Part shown: positions 14,429 through 17,619 of the stretch, one piece after another
How the letters are laid out: every line of letters begins with the position of its first letter
Position numbering within the stretch: position 1 is the stretch's first letter
Assembly (NCBI GenBank): GCA_964389655.1
Contig: CAYMED010000029.1
Coordinates: 1 to 17,619 of the forward strand
Direction: 5' to 3'
DNA: 17,619 nt
DNA from: an uncultured Candidatus Poseidoniales archaeon
GTDB lineage: Archaea > Thermoplasmatota > Poseidoniia > Poseidoniales > CAYMED01
Program-made: the position numbers and the translations under genes
Notes under the pieces: generated by a model
What the model saw: only the letters and a program-made list of their open reading frames with translations
Told to the model about the DNA's origin: nothing
Database searches by the model: none

Positions 14429-17400
14429 ATGGGAGTGAAATCTCGGTCTTGCCCCATATTTCTAGTATTCCTGTTCACAATGCTGTCCATCATCTCGATG
14501 GTCACGTCTGCATGCAGCGGGGGTGCTGAAGGATCAAGTACAGATTCAGAAGGTGCCGGGATTCACACTGAAGCAAGCAATGGCAAACAGAGTCACACCA
14601 CGGGCGTCATCGCTGCACGGGGTGATAGTTCGTCTGGGCGTTCAGCAACCTTTGTCGATCAATTTGGTTCTGAATTCACCGAGTTTAAAATCGCCGATAC
14701 GAATGACAAACTTGCAACACCACGTGATCTTGAATTCCATCCAGACCCTGTCCGAGACGATGAATTATGGGTCGTTAATCGAGCAACAGACAGCATGACG
14801 ATTATCCATGAAACTGGCACGCCTCAACAGTGGTCGGAGAATCGGGTCGATGCCTATGCGAATCACTTCATGGAGGAAGTCAGTGCCATTGCATTTGGTG
14901 CCGACCACCATGAATTCGACTACCAATTCGCCACAGCACAAGATACGCGTAATACCTACGACGGACAAGCTGCCCCGAACAATTTCATGGGCCCCACACT
15001 ATGGCCGTCATCACTGTCTCATTTCGTGGTTGAGCATCAAAATGACCAGTATCTCGGAAGTCACATTGACATGAATCACGAATCTCCTAATGGAATGGGC
15101 ATCGCCCATGATTCGGGTAATGCATTCTGGTACTTCGACGGATACTATGGAAATCTAGTGTACTATGACTTCGCTATCGACCATGACACTGGCATGGATG
15201 ATCATTCAGATGCAGTCGTACGACGCTATTCAGACGTCACACTTACCCGTCAAGTCAATGTTCCAAGCCATATGGTCGTCGATAAGAGCAATGGCATCCT
15301 ATACATCGCAGACACCGGTGCTGGGCGAATCGTGTGGGTGAACACAGACGATCCAACGACCTCATCAACCAATATTATGAATGACAATTCACGTCTAGAG
15401 CCTTTGGCAGAATACAGCCGCGTTACGGGAGTCGAATGGGGTGTCCTTGCCACGGGCCTCACTCGGCCGAGTGGCATTGCGATCGATGGGGACACCCTCC
15501 TCGCATCGACTAACGGGGATGGGATTGTCACCGCATGGGCACTATCTAGTGATGGAAAGGGCGCGACTAAACTAGATTCCATTCAAACCACTGCAAACTC
15601 AATTATGGGTATTGAGGTTGGCCCAGACAATAAATTGTACTACGTAGATGGATCTGGGAACAGCGTTATTCGTATTGACCCCACGTGGGATGGCGATGGA
15701 GATTTAGTCGATGACCGAAGCGATAATTGCCCTACTGTAGCCAATGCAGATCAAGCAGACCTTGATGGGGATCTAATCGGGGATCTGTGCGACCCAGACA
15801 TCGATGGAGATGGAATTTACAACACCACAGATGGGTGTTCGAATGGCGAAAGTGGATGGACCTCTGATGAGGCCACTGACCTCGATGGAGATGGATGTCG
15901 TGATTCAACCGAAGATGACGATGATGATGGGGATGGATGGAGTGATCTTGATGAGCAAGCTTGTTCAACCAATCCACTTGATTCAAATGAAGAACCACCA
16001 GACACAGATGGTGACAAAATTTGCAACCCCATCGACGAAGACGATGATGGTGATTCATGGTCTGACATGGATGAAGAACAATGTGGCTCAAACCCACTAG
16101 ATTCAATTTCGAAGCCAAGTGATCATGATGAGGATGGGTCTTGCGACGTTATGGATGCCGATGATGACAACGATGGCATCTGCGACACTGGAGAGAAAGC
16201 TGATGATTGCATCACCGGGGGACCTGGTTATGATCGCTGCCCATACAGTGCCTTAGGATTCATCTCTGGCCTAGCCCCTGATATCGATTCAGATGGCTGT
16301 GAAGATGCAACAGATGATGATGATGATGATGATGATGGTTTTCCAGACCTTCTTGATGCGTGCTCCAAGGTTGTTGGGTCCTCTGACAAAGGCGGCATGG
16401 ATGGATGCCCGGATCGAGATGGAGATGGATGGGCTAACGATATTGATCCTCTGCCTTATGATGTCACGCAATGGAGCGACAAGGATAGGGATGGATTCGG
16501 TGATAATCAAGATGGAAATGAATCAGATGCCTGTATTGATTTTGCTGGAAAATCTAAAATTGATCGGTTTGGGTGCCCTGACAGCGATAAGGACGGATAT
16601 TCTGACCCAGATTCTCAATGGACTATTTTAGATGGGGCGGATGCTTTCTATGACCAAAAGACGCAATGGCGAGACCGAGATAGTGACCGATTTGGCGATG
16701 AAGTGGGTGGATTTGAGGCTGATGCTTGTCCCGATGATTTTGGCACCTCCATACACGATCGATTCGGCTGCCTCGATTCAGATAAAGATGGATGGTCCGA
16801 CCTCAACGATGCATATATCGATAATCCAGATCAATGGAGCGACAAGGATGGGGATGGGTTCGGTGATCGATTGTTCGGCAACCTCCGTGATGATTGCCCT
16901 GACGAGTTTGGGAATTCAAAAGAATATCTGCAGGGTTGTTCGGACAGAGATGGAGATGGATGGCCCGACATCTATTGGGATATTTTCCCAGATTTCGCCC
17001 ACTCTTGGAGTGATGGAGACAGAGATGGGTTCTCAGATCAACAGGGTAACGAATTGAGTGATGACTGTCCACGGGAGGCGGGCACTTCAACTGTTGACCG
17101 ACGTGGCTGCGTGGACTCTGATGGGGACGGCGTCTCAGATGTGGGTGATGTATACCCACAGGATGCTTCAAAGAGTGCTTCGGTTATTGCCATCGGATCA
17201 CCTCTCGCGATGGTCTCAGTGATCGTGATTATCGCCATCCTTGGCGCCATTGGTGTCCTCGGGGTATTAGCATCACGACGCTCGAAATCCAGTGACTTGG
17301 ACCACATGTTCGCTGCTCAATCACCTACCAAATCGACAGAGATTGCAGTTGCTCCTACTACCTTTCAACAACAGGGGCCGCTGGGCCCACCAATTCCCCC

Positions 17401-17479
17401 TGAAGGACTTCCACCAGGATGGACTGCTGAACAATGGGCCCACTATGGGCATCAATGGGCCGATTACTACCGTCAATGA
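14429..17479 (+). CDS. Cell-surface protein: signal peptide, beta-propeller-like domain, thrombospondin type-3-like Ca-binding repeats, TM helix, Pro/Trp C-terminal tail
   Basis: Hydrophobic N-terminus. NHL-like blades (LATPRDLEF, LYIADTGAGRIV, LTRPSGIAIDG, MGIEVGPDNKLYYVD). Many DxDxDG repeats including SDNCPTVANADQADLDGDLIGDLCD. TM PLAMVSVIVIIAILGAIGVLGVLA. Tail GPPIPPEGLPPGWTAEQWAHYGHQW. Confidence 0.9.
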   Translation: MGVKSRSCPIFLVFLFTMLSIISMVTSACSGGAEGSSTDSEGAGIHTEASNGKQSHTTGVIAARGDSSSGRSATFVDQFGSEFTEFKIADTNDKLATPRDLEFHPDPVRDDELWVVNRATDSMTIIHETGTPQQWSENRVDAYANHFMEEVSAIAFGADHHEFDYQFATAQDTRNTYDGQAAPNNFMGPTLWPSSLSHFVVEHQNDQYLGSHIDMNHESPNGMGIAHDSGNAFWYFDGYYGNLVYYDFAIDHDTGMDDHSDAVVRRYSDVTLTRQVNVPSHMVVDKSNGILYIADTGAGRIVWVNTDDPTTSSTNIMNDNSRLEPLAEYSRVTGVEWGVLATGLTRPSGIAIDGDTLLASTNGDGIVTAWALSSDGKGATKLDSIQTTANSIMGIEVGPDNKLYYVDGSGNSVIRIDPTWDGDGDLVDDRSDNCPTVANADQADLDGDLIGDLCDPDIDGDGIYNTTDGCSNGESGWTSDEATDLDGDGCRDSTEDDDDDGDGWSDLDEQACSTNPLDSNEEPPDTDGDKICNPIDEDDDGDSWSDMDEEQCGSNPLDSISKPSDHDEDGSCDVMDADDDNDGICDTGEKADDCITGGPGYDRCPYSALGFISGLAPDIDSDGCEDATDDDDDDDDGFPDLLDACSKVVGSSDKGGMDGCPDRDGDGWANDIDPLPYDVTQWSDKDRDGFGDNQDGNESDACIDFAGKSKIDRFGCPDSDKDGYSDPDSQWTILDGADAFYDQKTQWRDRDSDRFGDEVGGFEADACPDDFGTSIHDRFGCLDSDKDGWSDLNDAYIDNPDQWSDKDGDGFGDRLFGNLRDDCPDEFGNSKEYLQGCSDRDGDGWPDIYWDIFPDFAHSWSDGDRDGFSDQQGNELSDDCPREAGTSTVDRRGCVDSDGDGVSDVGDVYPQDASKSASVIAIGSPLAMVSVIVIIAILGAIGVLGVLASRRSKSSDLDHMFAAQSPTKSTEIAVAPTTFQQQGPLGPPIPPEGLPPGWTAEQWAHYGHQWADYYRQ
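15690..17170 (+). repeat. Thrombospondin type-3-like DxDxDG repeat array (coding)
   Basis: Two repeat styles: DDDxDxWSDxDExxCxxNPLDS, and GCxDxDxDGWxD...QWSDxDxDGFGD...DxC. Confidence 0.85.
16313..16336 (+). repeat. (GAT)8 microsatellite encoding Asp8
   Basis: Eight perfect GAT units in frame within the TSP3-like array. Confidence 0.9.
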
Positions 17480-17499
17480 ACGGGAAAGACCGCGGGTCA

Positions 17500-17619
17500 T
17501 CATTGCTGGTCCAGCCATTGCTGCCCGTAATGCTCCCACTGCCACTCCTCTGAGTACTCATTGTCGACCATTGCATTGAGGCTTGATTCCTCAGCGTACC
17601 AAGCGTTGCACTCTTCCCT
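17500..17619 (-). CDS. 3' end of a convergent gene (runs off the window) ending in a QWEHYGQQWL tail
   Basis: Minus-strand frame from 17619 reads REECNAWYAEESSLNAMVDNEYSEEWQWEHYGQQWLDQQ-stop (TGA at 17502-17500). The tail is homologous to that of the 14429..17479 protein. Not in the ORF track. Confidence 0.8.
   Translation of the reverse strand, partial: REECNAWYAEESSLNAMVDNEYSEEWQWEHYGQQWLDQQ

Noticed and set aside
15690-17170. CRISPR-like or non-coding repeat array
   Set aside because: The repeats are degenerate at DNA level and conserved only as in-frame protein motifs.
15732-17171. Met-, Ser- and His-rich alternative-frame ORFs
   Set aside because: Frame-shifted or antisense readings of GAT/GAC Asp repeats.
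17488-17498. GACC-GCG-GGTC hairpin as a bidirectional terminator
   Set aside because: A 4-bp stem with no U-tract is too weak to support.
17292-17579. ORF-track calls 17292..17579 (+), 17321..17545 (-) and 17358..17576 (-)
   Set aside because: They overlap the real gene end. The meaningful minus frame is 17500..17619 with the QWEHYGQQW motif.

Overview
Archaeal genomic fragment, most consistent with Poseidoniia (Marine Group II Euryarchaeota; inferred from gene content and protein styles, not from a search). A poly-C tract at the left edge (probable artefact) runs into a 5'-truncated giant glycine-rich surface protein with an embedded SGNH hydrolase domain. A convergent DnaJ-type gene, the initiator tRNA-Met and a PKD lipoprotein follow. 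The core block is radA-ftsZ-secE-spt5(nusG)-rpl11-rpl1-rpl10-rpl12. After it come three hypothetical genes, a beta-propeller/thrombospondin-type-3 surface protein, and the 3' end of a convergent gene missed by the ORF track. Main surprises: (1) Spt5 is fused to an N-terminal, apparently catalytically dead NUDIX domain; (2) the adjacent L11 lacks its N-terminal domain; (3) two inverted exact copies of TTTCACTTTCA, an archaeal UV/DNA-damage-box-like motif, bracket the putative radA promoter; (4) an L1-binding-type leader abuts the rpl1 Shine-Dalgarno; (5) two convergent genes end in the same QWxHYGxQW tail, hinting at a lineage-specific C-terminal sorting or interaction system.
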